Assembly: GCA_902550555.1 (NCBI GenBank)
Contig: CACCZR010000001.1
Coordinates: 86,191-150,190, forward strand
From: an uncultured SAR116 cluster alpha proteobacterium
GTDB taxonomy: Bacteria; Pseudomonadota; Alphaproteobacteria; Puniceispirillales; Marisalimonadaceae
Reading direction: 5' to 3'
Length of the DNA: 64,000 nt
The notes beneath the pieces were generated by a model. The model was not told the origin of the DNA. It was given only the letters and a program-made list of their open reading frames with translations, and searched no databases. Shown piece by piece: positions 36,298 through 45,961 of the stretch. A program made the position numbers and the translations under genes. Each line of letters opens with the position of its first letter. Within the stretch, counting starts at the first letter, position 1.

Positions 36298-38013
36298 TTA
36301 ATTATCTGTTGGTTGATCTCTCATCATATTTTTAAAGACATTTGATACTCTACCAGCTTGATCTCCTACAATCATTCTAATTACAGCTACTTTATCATCA
36401 TAAGTGTTTGCAGTATCAAGCATCTCCGCTGATATCGCTTGTTTTTTTGGTTTTAACTTTGCTTTTATATCCTCCAAAGTATCACCCTCTTGAACTTCAA
36501 CTTTATCTAAATCTTCTTCAAAATCACTATCACTCATAACAGGAGTTCCTGAAGAAAATGACGCAGGAACTATTACTCTTCTTAATAATGGTAACAAAGC
36601 ACCGAATGTAATTATAGCAAATATTAATATCATACCAAGTTGTTTAGATAGTTCTTTAAATGTTCCACTTTCATACCATGGGATAGAAACAGGTTCTAAT
36701 GTATCTATAAATGGACTACTTTGAACAGTTATACTATCTCCTCTATTTTCATCAAAGCCGAGTGTCTCCATTACTAGTAATTTTATCTCATCTAGTTTTT
36801 TTTGATCAACCTTTTCAAAAGAAACAGTACCATCATCTGAAATTATTTTCTTTTCTCTTAAAATTACGGCAGCTTTAATTTTTGTTACTTTCCCCACTTG
36901 TGGCAATGTTGTTTCAATTTTTTTACTTATTTCATAATTTTTTACTGATGACTGACTTCTTGACTTTATATTACCTATTCCGCCTTTAGCATTTGGAGCA
37001 TCCTGCTTCAAATCTGGTTTAAGTGGTGGTTGGTTTGCTAATGCACCTGGTATTCCTTGAGCTTCAGCATCTCCTGATTCATCTAACGTATTTTGTTCAC
37101 TTCTTATTGCGTTCCCTTCTGGATCTACTAATTCTTCAGTGATCTCTTTTTTTGTGAAATTCATATCTACATTTACTTCTGCTTTTACGTTTCCAGCACC
37201 TATCATTGGTGTCAAAAGAGAAATAACTTTTGATCTATAAATTTCACCTAGCTTCATTTGTTGAATAATTTGTTCTTCTGATGCGGAAATATTGTCGTCT
37301 GTTTTTGGTTTTGATAATAACTCACCAAATTGATCAATTACAGTAACATTTTCAGATGGTAAATTTGGTACAGATGAGGATACCAAATGAACAATAGATT
37401 GAACTTGTTGCCTTCCTAAAGAACGTCCTGCCGCTAGCCTCACAAATACTGAGGCAGAAGGCAAAGCTGTTTCACGAGCAAAAACAGTTTTTTCTGGAAT
37501 GGCAAGATGCACTCTTGCTGATGAAATGCCTGAAATAAAGTTTAACGACTTGGACAATTCAGCTTCAAGAGTTTGTTTAATCTTAACTGCTTCTACAGAT
37601 CTACTAGTTCCCATAGGCATGTCATTTAAAGAAGAATAACCATCTGGTACAGAAGAAGGTAAACCTTGCGAAGCTAGTAACATTTTTGCATTATGATAAT
37701 CTTCAACAGGTACTATAACCTCTCCAGTTGCTGAATTTAATGAAACATCAACACCATTTTGTTTGAGTGCATCAAAAACTGCAGATTTTTCATTTTCTGG
37801 TAAAGAAGAAAATAAAGTTGTCATTTCTGGTTTCTGCATTAAATAAAAAGAAACAATTCCAATGAATGTAACAATTATTCCAAAAGCAAGAGGAACTGAC
37901 TTTTGAACCGCAGGGTCTGACCTCAGTTTTTTAACATTAGAAAATACTCCAGAAATTTTTGATAAAATTCCTGAATTTGTATTTGTTAACTCATTTCCTG
38001 TTGCTTCAGCCAT
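36298..38013 (-). CDS. fliF: Flagellar MS-ring protein FliF
   Basis: 571 aa. N-terminal TM, YscJ/FliF ring-building motifs (LFSSL...DVSLN..TGEVIVPVEDYHNAKMLLASQGLP) and a C-terminal TM. Confidence 0.9.
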   Translation of the reverse strand: MAEATGNELTNTNSGILSKISGVFSNVKKLRSDPAVQKSVPLAFGIIVTFIGIVSFYLMQKPEMTTLFSSLPENEKSAVFDALKQNGVDVSLNSATGEVIVPVEDYHNAKMLLASQGLPSSVPDGYSSLNDMPMGTSRSVEAVKIKQTLEAELSKSLNFISGISSARVHLAIPEKTVFARETALPSASVFVRLAAGRSLGRQQVQSIVHLVSSSVPNLPSENVTVIDQFGELLSKPKTDDNISASEEQIIQQMKLGEIYRSKVISLLTPMIGAGNVKAEVNVDMNFTKKEITEELVDPEGNAIRSEQNTLDESGDAEAQGIPGALANQPPLKPDLKQDAPNAKGGIGNIKSRSQSSVKNYEISKKIETTLPQVGKVTKIKAAVILREKKIISDDGTVSFEKVDQKKLDEIKLLVMETLGFDENRGDSITVQSSPFIDTLEPVSIPWYESGTFKELSKQLGMILIFAIITFGALLPLLRRVIVPASFSSGTPVMSDSDFEEDLDKVEVQEGDTLEDIKAKLKPKKQAISAEMLDTANTYDDKVAVIRMIVGDQAGRVSNVFKNMMRDQPTDN

Positions 38014-38033
38014 AACTTAATCCTTTATCTATA

Positions 38034-38342
38034 TTACACTGGCATGTTCATAATATCTTTATATGAACTTAAAACTTTATTTCTTACATTTAATGTTAAT
38101 TGAAAAGCGATATTTGCTACTTGTTGTTGCATGACAACTTTCGTAAGATCAGTTTCTTTTCCTAATTCATAATCTTTAGTAATTTGATTAGCCTTAGTTT
38201 GTGAATCTGCAACTTCTTTTATTGCATCATTAATTTTAGAACCGAAGTCTACAGAACTTTTATTATCCAAAATTTTTGATGCCTTATCCAAAACATCTGC
38301 TCTAAGATTGTTTTGAATTATATTTCCATTTATTTTAGACAT
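38034..38342 (-). CDS. fliE: Flagellar hook-basal body protein FliE
   Basis: 102 aa. C-terminus VMQQQVANIAFQLTLNVRNKVLSSYKDIMNMPV is FliE-typical. Confidence 0.85.
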   Translation of the reverse strand: MSKINGNIIQNNLRADVLDKASKILDNKSSVDFGSKINDAIKEVADSQTKANQITKDYELGKETDLTKVVMQQQVANIAFQLTLNVRNKVLSSYKDIMNMPV

Positions 38343-38363
38343 TTTTAATCCTCTTTAATTAAT

Positions 38364-39548
38364 TTAAGCATAATTATATCTATCAATAAAACTCTCAACC
38401 TGACCGTCTGACGACATGTTATTAAGAGATTTATCTATCATAATTGAAGTTTTTGTTATCTTATCGCCTTCGCACAACACAAGTGCTCTTTGTAATGTGT
38501 TTTCTAATTCTCTAACATTACCTGGCCAATCGTGATTAATAATAACTTCTTGTGCTTCTGAAGAAATAATTGGTATTTGTTTTTCTTTACAATGTTTCTC
38601 TAAAATCTTTAAAGCTATAGGGAAAATATCATCCTTTCTATCTTTTAAATTTTTTGTTTGAAGAGGAAATACATTTAATCTGTAATATAAATCTTCTCTA
38701 AATCTAGATTGCTTTACCTCAGTTACCATATCTCTATTAGAAGTAGCTAGAACTCTAACATCAATTTCAATATCCCTTTGACCACCAACAGGGGTTACCT
38801 TTTTTTCTTGTAAAACACGTAATAATTTTGCTTGTAAAGATAAAGGCATCTCAGAAATTTCATCCAATAACAAAGTACCTTTGTCAGCGGCCCTAAAAAT
38901 CCCCTTATTTGCGTAAGAGGCTCCTGTAAAAGCTCCCTTTTCATGACCAAAAAGAATTGCCTCTAACATGTTTTCTGGGATTGCAGCACAATTAACCGCA
39001 ACAAAGGGTTCATTTTTTCTTGGAGAATATTCATGTAAATAATTTGCTAAAACTTCTTTGCCGGAACCAGTTGGGCCATTAATAAATACTGTTACATCAG
39101 TCAATGCTACTCTTCTTGATAAACTTAGCAGTTCAAAGGTCTTTTTATCACCTGCTGAATAAAAATTATCTGTGACACAACAATGAAAAATTATCTCTTT
39201 TGTTGTTTTATTATAAATATCATTAAACGTTAATCTCTTTAGTGCTCCACCTAATTCATTTAAAATAGTATAATCTTCAATGCTTTTATCTTCTGAAATA
39301 ATAATAATTTTTTTTATTTTGTTTTCTCTTGCAAAAGCAAGTAATTTTTCTTGGCCACCTAATTTTTTTTCATATTCTATAGAACAAATAATTGTTTCAA
39401 CATTTAACCCACTCAAGGCTACTCCTGAAAGGTTTGGTAAATCATTATTTTCATTATGTTTAATTATTGATATATTTCTATTTTCAAAAAACTTACTTAA
39501 ATCTTCAAAAATACTTAAATTTTCACCTATAATTATTATATGATTCAT
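38364..39548 (-). CDS. Sigma54-dependent enhancer-binding protein lacking a DNA-binding domain, with degenerate receiver-like N-domain (FleT-like)
   Basis: 394 aa. AAA+ core with GPTGSGKE, GAFTGA and DEISEM. Only ~40 aa follow the AAA+ domain and contain no Fis-type HTH. The N-domain has IIIIGEN and ETIICSIEY where receivers carry the acidic pocket and phospho-Asp. First gene of the fliEFGHIJ string. Confidence 0.8.
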   Translation of the reverse strand: MNHIIIIGENLSIFEDLSKFFENRNISIIKHNENNDLPNLSGVALSGLNVETIICSIEYEKKLGGQEKLLAFARENKIKKIIIISEDKSIEDYTILNELGGALKRLTFNDIYNKTTKEIIFHCCVTDNFYSAGDKKTFELLSLSRRVALTDVTVFINGPTGSGKEVLANYLHEYSPRKNEPFVAVNCAAIPENMLEAILFGHEKGAFTGASYANKGIFRAADKGTLLLDEISEMPLSLQAKLLRVLQEKKVTPVGGQRDIEIDVRVLATSNRDMVTEVKQSRFREDLYYRLNVFPLQTKNLKDRKDDIFPIALKILEKHCKEKQIPIISSEAQEVIINHDWPGNVRELENTLQRALVLCEGDKITKTSIMIDKSLNNMSSDGQVESFIDRYNYA

Positions 39549-39575
39549 AAATAACTCCTTAGTACAAACTCAGAA

Positions 39576-39590
39576 GCAAGAAGTTTGCCA
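39576..39590 (-). promoter_or_regulatory. Sigma54 promoter upstream of the HTH-less EBP-fliE operon
   Basis: The minus strand reads TGGCAA-ACTTC-TTGCT. The -12 GC lies 28 nt upstream of the ATG at 39548, with AGGAG between them. Confidence 0.7.
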
Positions 39591-39726
39591 AAACTAAAAT
39601 TTATGAAAATTTAAATTGTAGAATTGAATATTTAAGGAAAAATATTACAAAAAAAACCTTTTTATTGAGTCAGTTTTATGACATTATATTATTAATTTTA
39701 ATAAAATACAAAATTTTGACACCTAC

Positions 39727-40857
39727 ATGGCATCTGTCACAAAAATATCAGACCATAAAAACCAAAAGAATAATAACTTTAATGTCAGAAGTTTAATTTC
39801 TGGTAAAAGTAAAAAAACTGATGAATTAATAAAATTAATTCAAATGGTTTCTAACACGAATAGTACCGCTTTAATACTTGGAGAAACTGGAACTGGTAAA
39901 GATGTTATTGCTAGAGCAATTCATAACTCCTCTCCAAGAAATGGGCCATTAATAACTGTCAATTGCGCAGCCATTCCATCAGAATTATTGGAATCAGAAC
40001 TATTTGGTCATGAAAAAGGATCATTCACTGGAGCTGATAAATTAAGAAAAGGTAAGTTTGAACAATCAAGTGGTGGTTCAATGTTCCTTGACGAGATAGG
40101 TGATATGCCATTAGCACTTCAAGCAAAATTATTAAGAGCAATTGAAAATAAAACAATTCAAAGAGTTGGAGGATCTACAGATATTAAAATTGATCTTAGA
40201 CTTATATGTGCAACTCATAGAGATTTAGAAAAAAAAGTTGAAAGTGGTGAATTTAGAGCTGATCTTTTTTTTAGAATAAATGTATTACCTATACAGGTTC
40301 CATCACTTGCTGAAAGAAGAGATGATATACCTGACTTAGTATTAAATCTTTTAAAAAATGTAGATGCCGAAGATGAATTTAAGCCAAAATTTACAACTGA
40401 TGCAGTCACAGCACTTACAAGACATAATTGGCCTGGCAACGTAAGAGAACTAAAAAATTTAATTGAAAGAGCATGCATACTTTTTCAAGGTCAAGAAGTT
40501 ACAAGTACAAATGTTACTGAAAACCTCTTGAGGTTAAAAGCTCCAAATACAATTGAAGAACAAAATGAGATTTGGGATGTGACATCAGAGTTAATTGATG
40601 AAGTCGAATTTGATGATGATGAAGAAAATAAGATTGATAATCTTCCTCATCCAAATAATTATAAAGATTGGTTCACTTTTTATGACGAAATTGATATTCG
40701 ACGCCATTTACAAGATATTGAGATAATATTAATAGAAGCAGCTTTAGAAAAAACTAATGGGAAAATTGCCAACGCAGCAGACATCTTAAAGCTAAGAAGA
40801 ACTACCCTAATTGAGAAAATGAAAAAATTCTCAATTACAAAAAATGATACTAATTAA
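39727..40857 (+). CDS. Sigma54-dependent enhancer-binding protein without N-terminal regulatory domain (AAA+ plus Fis-type HTH; FleQ-like master regulator candidate)
   Basis: 376 aa. The AAA+ domain starts at ~residue 30 (GETGTGKD, GSFTGA variant of GAFTGA, DEIGDM). C-terminal HTH is NGKIANAADILKLRRTTLIEKMKKF. Confidence 0.8.
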   Translation: MASVTKISDHKNQKNNNFNVRSLISGKSKKTDELIKLIQMVSNTNSTALILGETGTGKDVIARAIHNSSPRNGPLITVNCAAIPSELLESELFGHEKGSFTGADKLRKGKFEQSSGGSMFLDEIGDMPLALQAKLLRAIENKTIQRVGGSTDIKIDLRLICATHRDLEKKVESGEFRADLFFRINVLPIQVPSLAERRDDIPDLVLNLLKNVDAEDEFKPKFTTDAVTALTRHNWPGNVRELKNLIERACILFQGQEVTSTNVTENLLRLKAPNTIEEQNEIWDVTSELIDEVEFDDDEENKIDNLPHPNNYKDWFTFYDEIDIRRHLQDIEIILIEAALEKTNGKIANAADILKLRRTTLIEKMKKFSITKNDTN

Positions 40858-40890
40858 TAAATTTTTAATTCTTAAATTAACTGTTTTGAT

Positions 40891-41334
40891 ATGATCAAAA
40901 ATAAATATTTTGAAGATTTTAATCTTGGAGACAAATATATACTTCCTTCAAGAACTCAAACAAGCGGTATTTTTTCAATGTTTCAAGGTGTGTCAGGAGA
41001 TAATGACCCAATTCACTATGATGTAGAATTTTGTAAACAAAAAGGTCATAAAAATATGCTAGCCCATGGTTTCCAAGTTATGTCTCAAACAGCTGCTGGT
41101 GCAGGAAATTTTCCATCAGAGGTTAGAGAAAGTTTATTAGGAATGATTGAAATTAGTGGTAATTTTATAAAACCAGTTTATAAAAATGACACTTTATATC
41201 CAGAACTTGAAATCATTAATTTAGTTTCTCAAAAAACTACAGGTATAATTGAAATTAAGGCAAAAATTCTTAATCAAAATAAAGATTTAGTTTTTGAAGG
41301 TCTTCAAAAATATTTGCTTAAAAAGAAATCTTAA
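40891..41334 (+). CDS. MaoC-like (R)-hydratase, hot-dog fold
   Basis: 147 aa. SGDNDPIHYD motif typical of MaoC dehydratases. Confidence 0.75.
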   Translation: MIKNKYFEDFNLGDKYILPSRTQTSGIFSMFQGVSGDNDPIHYDVEFCKQKGHKNMLAHGFQVMSQTAAGAGNFPSEVRESLLGMIEISGNFIKPVYKNDTLYPELEIINLVSQKTTGIIEIKAKILNQNKDLVFEGLQKYLLKKKS

Positions 41335-41360
41335 GTGAAATTAAATAAATTGTATCCTAA

Positions 41361-41630
41361 TTAATATAATCCAGGAATAGCAATCAAAGCGCCTAGCCCT
41401 AAAATACCCATAACTATAGGAGATGTTATTAATCCTAATATTGCAAATAAAATTGCAAATATGCCAGATACTATTTTACCATTTAATATTCCAACTAATC
41501 CTAAAATAAATGCAAGTGGCGATAGAACAATCGAAAAAACAAAAATACCTACAAATCCTACAATTACTCCCCAAAGACCAAAGTTAGTTTGATTTTTTAC
41601 AATTATAACTTGTTCTTGTTTATCGCTCAT
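41361..41630 (-). CDS. Hypothetical small membrane protein (Gly-zipper rich)
   Basis: ~89 aa with three hydrophobic Gly/Ile/Leu-rich helices. ATG at 41630 (the track begins at the adjacent TTG). Confidence 0.45.
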   Translation of the reverse strand: MSDKQEQVIIVKNQTNFGLWGVIVGFVGIFVFSIVLSPLAFILGLVGILNGKIVSGIFAILFAILGLITSPIVMGILGLGALIAIPGLY

Positions 41631-41893
41631 CAATTAACCTTCAAAAAACCAATTATCTGCTGTAAAATAACTTGAAAGTGAGTTTGAAGCAAGCATTTCA
41701 TAAAACTGTAGTAAAAAAATTAAAGATTAATTTATTTAATATTATTAACGAAGTTTAGTCACAACAGTAATCTTTTTCACAACAATATCAATGATTAAAA
41801 CTATAGTTTGGTAAAAGTCATAATTTTACAAAGTACAACCCATTAAAACTATATTAATTAGACCCTGGCTTATTGATTTTTTTTAATAATTCC

Positions 41894-43474
41894 TCACTCC
41901 CACTCAATTGTACCAGGTGGTTTTGAGGTAATGTCATAAGTCACCCTATTAACACCACTTACCTCATTGATAATTCTTGTTGATGTGTCAGAAAGAAAAC
42001 TTTGATCAAATTTAAAATAATCAGCTGTCATTCCGTCTACGGAAGTTACGGCTCTCAACACACAAGCATATTCATAAGTTCTTTTATCTCCCATTACACC
42101 AACAGACCTAGTTGGTAACAATACTGAAAAAGCCTGCCAAATTTCATCATAAAGGTTATATTTTTTTATTTGGTCGATGAATATTTCATCAATGTTTTGT
42201 AAAATTTTAACTTTTTTAATTGTTACTTCTCCTGGGCATCTTATAGCTAATCCAGGTCCTGGAAATGGATGTCGATTTATAAATTTTTTAGGTAAGTTTA
42301 ATTCATTTCCTAATTTTCTAACTTCATCTTTAAAAAGATTTCTTAAAGGCTCAATTAATTTCAAACCCATTCTTTTAGGTAAACCACCAACATTATGATG
42401 TGATTTTATGGTAACAGAGGGGCCATCATTAACAGACACACTCTCTATTACGTCAGGGTATAATGTACCTTGAGCTAAAAACTTTATGTTATCCATTTTT
42501 TTTGCATGTTTTTGAAAAACTTTTATAAATAAATTTCCAATTATTTTTCTTTTCTTTTCAGGACTTGTAACACCTTTTAAATTGTTTAAAAAAAGCTTGC
42601 TTTCATTGGCGTAAATTAGAGGTATTTTATAGTTATCTCTAAACATTTTTAAAACTTCTGAATGTTCATTTTTCCTAAGCAATCCATGATTAACAAAAAT
42701 ACAGGTTAAATTATTACCAATAGCCTTGTGTAAAAGGATAGCCGTTACAGAACTATCAACTCCACCTGATAATGCACAAATGACCTTATTATTGCCAATT
42801 TTTTTTCTAATATTTTTAATCTCATTTTCATAAAATGATTGCATTGTCCAATCACGTTTAAATCCTGAGATTTTTAGAAAATTTTCAAATAAAACTTTTC
42901 CTTTTGGAGTATGATGAACCTCAGGATGAAATTGAACGCCATAAAAATTTCTTTTTTCATCAGCGACCATCGCAAAAGGTGCATTTTTTGAAGTTGCTAA
43001 AACTTTAAAGTCAGGTCCCATTTCACTTACATGATCACCATGGCTCATCCATACTTCTTCGAGGTCTTTTTTAAACCAACCATCTAGAAATTTAGATTTT
43101 CTTTTTTGTTCTATAAATGCTCTTCCAAACTCTGATTTTTTTTCTTTTGAATTTATTTTTCCTCCTAATTGAAACATTAGAAGTTGTTGCCCATAGCATA
43201 TTCCTAAAATTGGAATACCAAGTTTATAAATAATTTTAGAAACTTTTGGGCTATTTCTATCAAGAACACTTCGGGGCCCACCAGAAAAAATAATAGCTTT
43301 AGGAGATAATTCTTTTAAAAGTTTTTGATTAATATTTTGAAAAGGGTATATCTTTGAATATACATTAAGCTCTCTTAATCTTCTTGCAATTAATTGTGTA
43401 ACTTGGCTCCCAAAGTCAATTACAAGTAGACATTCGTTTATATTATTTTTTAGTGTTTTGGTTTGCTTTGTCAT
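41894..43474 (-). CDS. guaA: GMP synthase (glutamine-hydrolysing)
   Basis: 526 aa. GATase domain (GICYGQQ, HPE), ATP-PPase P-loop SGGVDSS and C-terminus PPGTIEWE. Confidence 0.95.
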   Translation of the reverse strand: MTKQTKTLKNNINECLLVIDFGSQVTQLIARRLRELNVYSKIYPFQNINQKLLKELSPKAIIFSGGPRSVLDRNSPKVSKIIYKLGIPILGICYGQQLLMFQLGGKINSKEKKSEFGRAFIEQKRKSKFLDGWFKKDLEEVWMSHGDHVSEMGPDFKVLATSKNAPFAMVADEKRNFYGVQFHPEVHHTPKGKVLFENFLKISGFKRDWTMQSFYENEIKNIRKKIGNNKVICALSGGVDSSVTAILLHKAIGNNLTCIFVNHGLLRKNEHSEVLKMFRDNYKIPLIYANESKLFLNNLKGVTSPEKKRKIIGNLFIKVFQKHAKKMDNIKFLAQGTLYPDVIESVSVNDGPSVTIKSHHNVGGLPKRMGLKLIEPLRNLFKDEVRKLGNELNLPKKFINRHPFPGPGLAIRCPGEVTIKKVKILQNIDEIFIDQIKKYNLYDEIWQAFSVLLPTRSVGVMGDKRTYEYACVLRAVTSVDGMTADYFKFDQSFLSDTSTRIINEVSGVNRVTYDITSKPPGTIEWE

Positions 43475-44919
43475 TGTCGATAATTAGGAGATTCTCTTGT
43501 GATCATAACATCATGTACATGACTTTCTTTTAAACCAGCATTTGTAATTTTTCTGAAAACACAATTTTTTTTCATATTTTCAATATCAGCATTTCCTGTA
43601 TAGCCCATTGCTGATTTTAACCCACCTACCAATTGATGAATTACATTTTCTATTGGTCCTTTATAAGGAACTTGTCCTTCAATACCTTCAGGAACTAATT
43701 TTAATTTTTCGATCTCTTCTTGAAAATATCTATCAGCTGAACCTCTTGCCATTGCTCCTAATGATCCCATACCCCTATAGGATTTATAAGACCGTCCTTG
43801 ATATAAAAAAACTTCTCCAGGTGCTTCGTCAGTTCCTGCAAAAAGTGATCCAACCATTACGCCATTAGCTCCTGCCGCAATTGCTTTTGCTATATCTCCT
43901 GAGTATTTAATTCCACCATCTGCAATAACAGGAATTTTACTTTTCTTTGCAATCTTACTACATTCGATTATAGCTGACAGTTGTGGCAATCCTACACCAG
44001 CAATCATTCTTGTAGTACAAATTGAACCAGGCCCTATGCCAATTTTTACTACGTCAGCTCCAGAATCTATAAGGGCTTTTGTTCCATCAGGAGTTGCAAC
44101 ATTGCCTCCTAAAATATCTACAGAGTTACTAAATCTTGATAATTCTTTAATCGTATTTAATACTTTTTTACTATGCCCATGAGCAGTATCAACAACCAAT
44201 AAATCTACACCAGATTCAATTAGTTTTTCAGCTCTTTTTAAACCACTTAATCCAACCCCTGTGGCTGCCGCAACTCTTAATCGTCCATCACTATCTTTAC
44301 AAGAATTTGGAAACTTCTGGGATTTTTCAATATCTTTTACAGTAATTAATCCAATACATCTATTTTGTTGGTCAACAACAACTAACTTTTCAATTCTGTG
44401 CTTATGAAGTAATTCTTTGGCTTGCTCAGGTGAAATAGTTTTTTTTACGGTAACAACATTTTTTGTCATTAAAGTTGTAACTTTTTCTTTATAATTTTGA
44501 GAAAATCTCAAGTCTCTATTTGTTAAAATACCATTTAACTTTTTAGTAATATCATCAACTACAGGTATACCACTAATTTTATACTTATCCATTAAAGCAA
44601 AAGCATCTTCAATTGAACTTTTTGGAGAAATTGTAATTGGATTAATGACCATTCCTGACTCATATTTTTTTACTTTTTCTACTTCTTTTGCTTGTCTTTC
44701 TATTGAAAAATTTTTATGGATTACACCAATGCCACCTAATTGTGCGATTGCTATAGCAAGTTTATGTTCAGTAACAGTATCCATCGCAGAAGAAATAAGT
44801 GGAATATTAAGATGAATTTTGTTTGTAAGTTTAGTTTTAACATCAGCATCACCAGGGCCTATTGAGCTTTCTGAAGGCTGCAATAAAACATCATCAAAAG
44901 TTAATGCTTCTTCAATCAT
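43471..44919 (-). CDS. guaB: IMP dehydrogenase
   Basis: 482 aa. CBS pair insert and catalytic loop [15 protein letters not shown] overlap with guaA. Confidence 0.95.
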   Translation of the reverse strand: MIEEALTFDDVLLQPSESSIGPGDADVKTKLTNKIHLNIPLISSAMDTVTEHKLAIAIAQLGGIGVIHKNFSIERQAKEVEKVKKYESGMVINPITISPKSSIEDAFALMDKYKISGIPVVDDITKKLNGILTNRDLRFSQNYKEKVTTLMTKNVVTVKKTISPEQAKELLHKHRIEKLVVVDQQNRCIGLITVKDIEKSQKFPNSCKDSDGRLRVAAATGVGLSGLKRAEKLIESGVDLLVVDTAHGHSKKVLNTIKELSRFSNSVDILGGNVATPDGTKALIDSGADVVKIGIGPGSICTTRMIAGVGLPQLSAIIECSKIAKKSKIPVIADGGIKYSGDIAKAIAAGANGVMVGSLFAGTDEAPGEVFLYQGRSYKSYRGMGSLGAMARGSADRYFQEEIEKLKLVPEGIEGQVPYKGPIENVIHQLVGGLKSAMGYTGNADIENMKKNCVFRKITNAGLKESHVHDVMITRESPNYRQ

Positions 44920-44949
44920 AAAAATTAATAAGATATTTTGAGTCTAATT

Positions 44950-45648
44950 TCAACCTTTAAAATCTAGGCAAACTGTATAACTTTCTACAGATTCTAGTCT
45001 GCTAGCTAAAGGTTTAATATTCTTTACATAATTAAATTTTTTCTTCATAGTATTCAACAATTCGGTTTCAGTTCCACCTTTAAAAGTTTTTACCAAAAAT
45101 GTTCCATTTTTTTTTAAGTTTTTTAAAGTAAAATCAAGCGCAATTTCAATTAACTGAGTTGTTCTCAAATGATCTGTTTGTTTATGACCAATTACGTTTG
45201 CGGCCATATCAGACAAAATTATATCAGGATAATCACCTAAAAAATCAATTAGCTTTTTGTCTATCGCAGAATCATTAATATCTCCAATAAATGTTTTAGA
45301 ACCTGGAATATTGTCTACAGGCAAAATATCAACGCCTATCACTTTTACTTCATTTTCTGTAGAACGTACTTTTTGAACTGCAACTTGTAACCATCCACCT
45401 GGTGCACAGCCTAAATCAATTACCTTTCTGTTCGGTTTTAAAAAATTATATTTATCATCAATTTGAAGTAGTTTAAATGCTGCTCTTGATTTATAACCCA
45501 ATTTATTTGCTTCAATTACATAGGGGTCATTAATTTGTCTTTTTATCCAATTTGTACTTGATAACTTACGTTTATTAGATTTTCTGATTTTTTGTTTTTT
45601 ACCTCTATTTGAAGGTAATAAATTTTTAACTAAATCACTCATCATCAA
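44950..45648 (-). CDS. rlmE: 23S rRNA (uridine2552-2'-O)-methyltransferase RlmE/FtsJ
   Basis: 232 aa. SRAAFKLLQIDDKY and the DLGCAPGGW SAM motif. Three consecutive Met codons at the start. Confidence 0.85.
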   Translation of the reverse strand: MMMSDLVKNLLPSNRGKKQKIRKSNKRKLSSTNWIKRQINDPYVIEANKLGYKSRAAFKLLQIDDKYNFLKPNRKVIDLGCAPGGWLQVAVQKVRSTENEVKVIGVDILPVDNIPGSKTFIGDINDSAIDKKLIDFLGDYPDIILSDMAANVIGHKQTDHLRTTQLIEIALDFTLKNLKKNGTFLVKTFKGGTETELLNTMKKKFNYVKNIKPLASRLESVESYTVCLDFKG

Positions 45649-45952
45649 AACATGTTTTTGTTCCCAGATGACATGCAGGACCTATTTGTTTCACAGTTAG
45701 TAAAATTGTATCATTATCACAATCTGATTTTATTTTTTTTAGATATTGATAATTTCCACTTGTTTCACCTTTAACCCATAATTTATTTCTTGATCTAGAA
45801 AAATAAGTTACATTTTTAGTTTCAATTGTTAACCTAATAGATTCTTTATTCATCCATGCCAACATTAAAACATCGTTAGTCTCTGAACATTGTGCAATTG
45901 CAGGAATTAAACCTGATGAGTTAAAATTTAAATTTTCAATGTCAAAGTTCAT
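45635..45952 (-). CDS. hisI: Phosphoribosyl-AMP cyclohydrolase (monofunctional)
   Basis: 105 aa. GLIPAIAQ...MLAWMN.ES...T......YFSRSRNKLWVKGETSGN...CD.D..L..V.Q.GPACH.G..TCF. Confidence 0.85.
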   Translation of the reverse strand: MNFDIENLNFNSSGLIPAIAQCSETNDVLMLAWMNKESIRLTIETKNVTYFSRSRNKLWVKGETSGNYQYLKKIKSDCDNDTILLTVKQIGPACHLGTKTCFDDE

Positions 45953-45961
45953 TTTTTTTCT

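Noticed and set aside
39717-39739. Inverted repeat TGACA-N13-TGTCA spanning the start codon of the receiver-less EBP gene (possible autoregulatory operator)
   Set aside because: Only 5-bp arms, which are expected by chance. There is no second copy near the other flagellar promoters.
41634-41893. 260-nt intergenic region upstream of the small membrane protein, including a 23-codon uORF (MKCLLQTHFQVILQQIIGFLKVN) whose TGA overlaps the downstream ATG
   Set aside because: No SD, no conservation evidence, no stable structure or tRNA-like GC-rich segment. It is likely just the promoter region. The uORF is of chance length for this composition.
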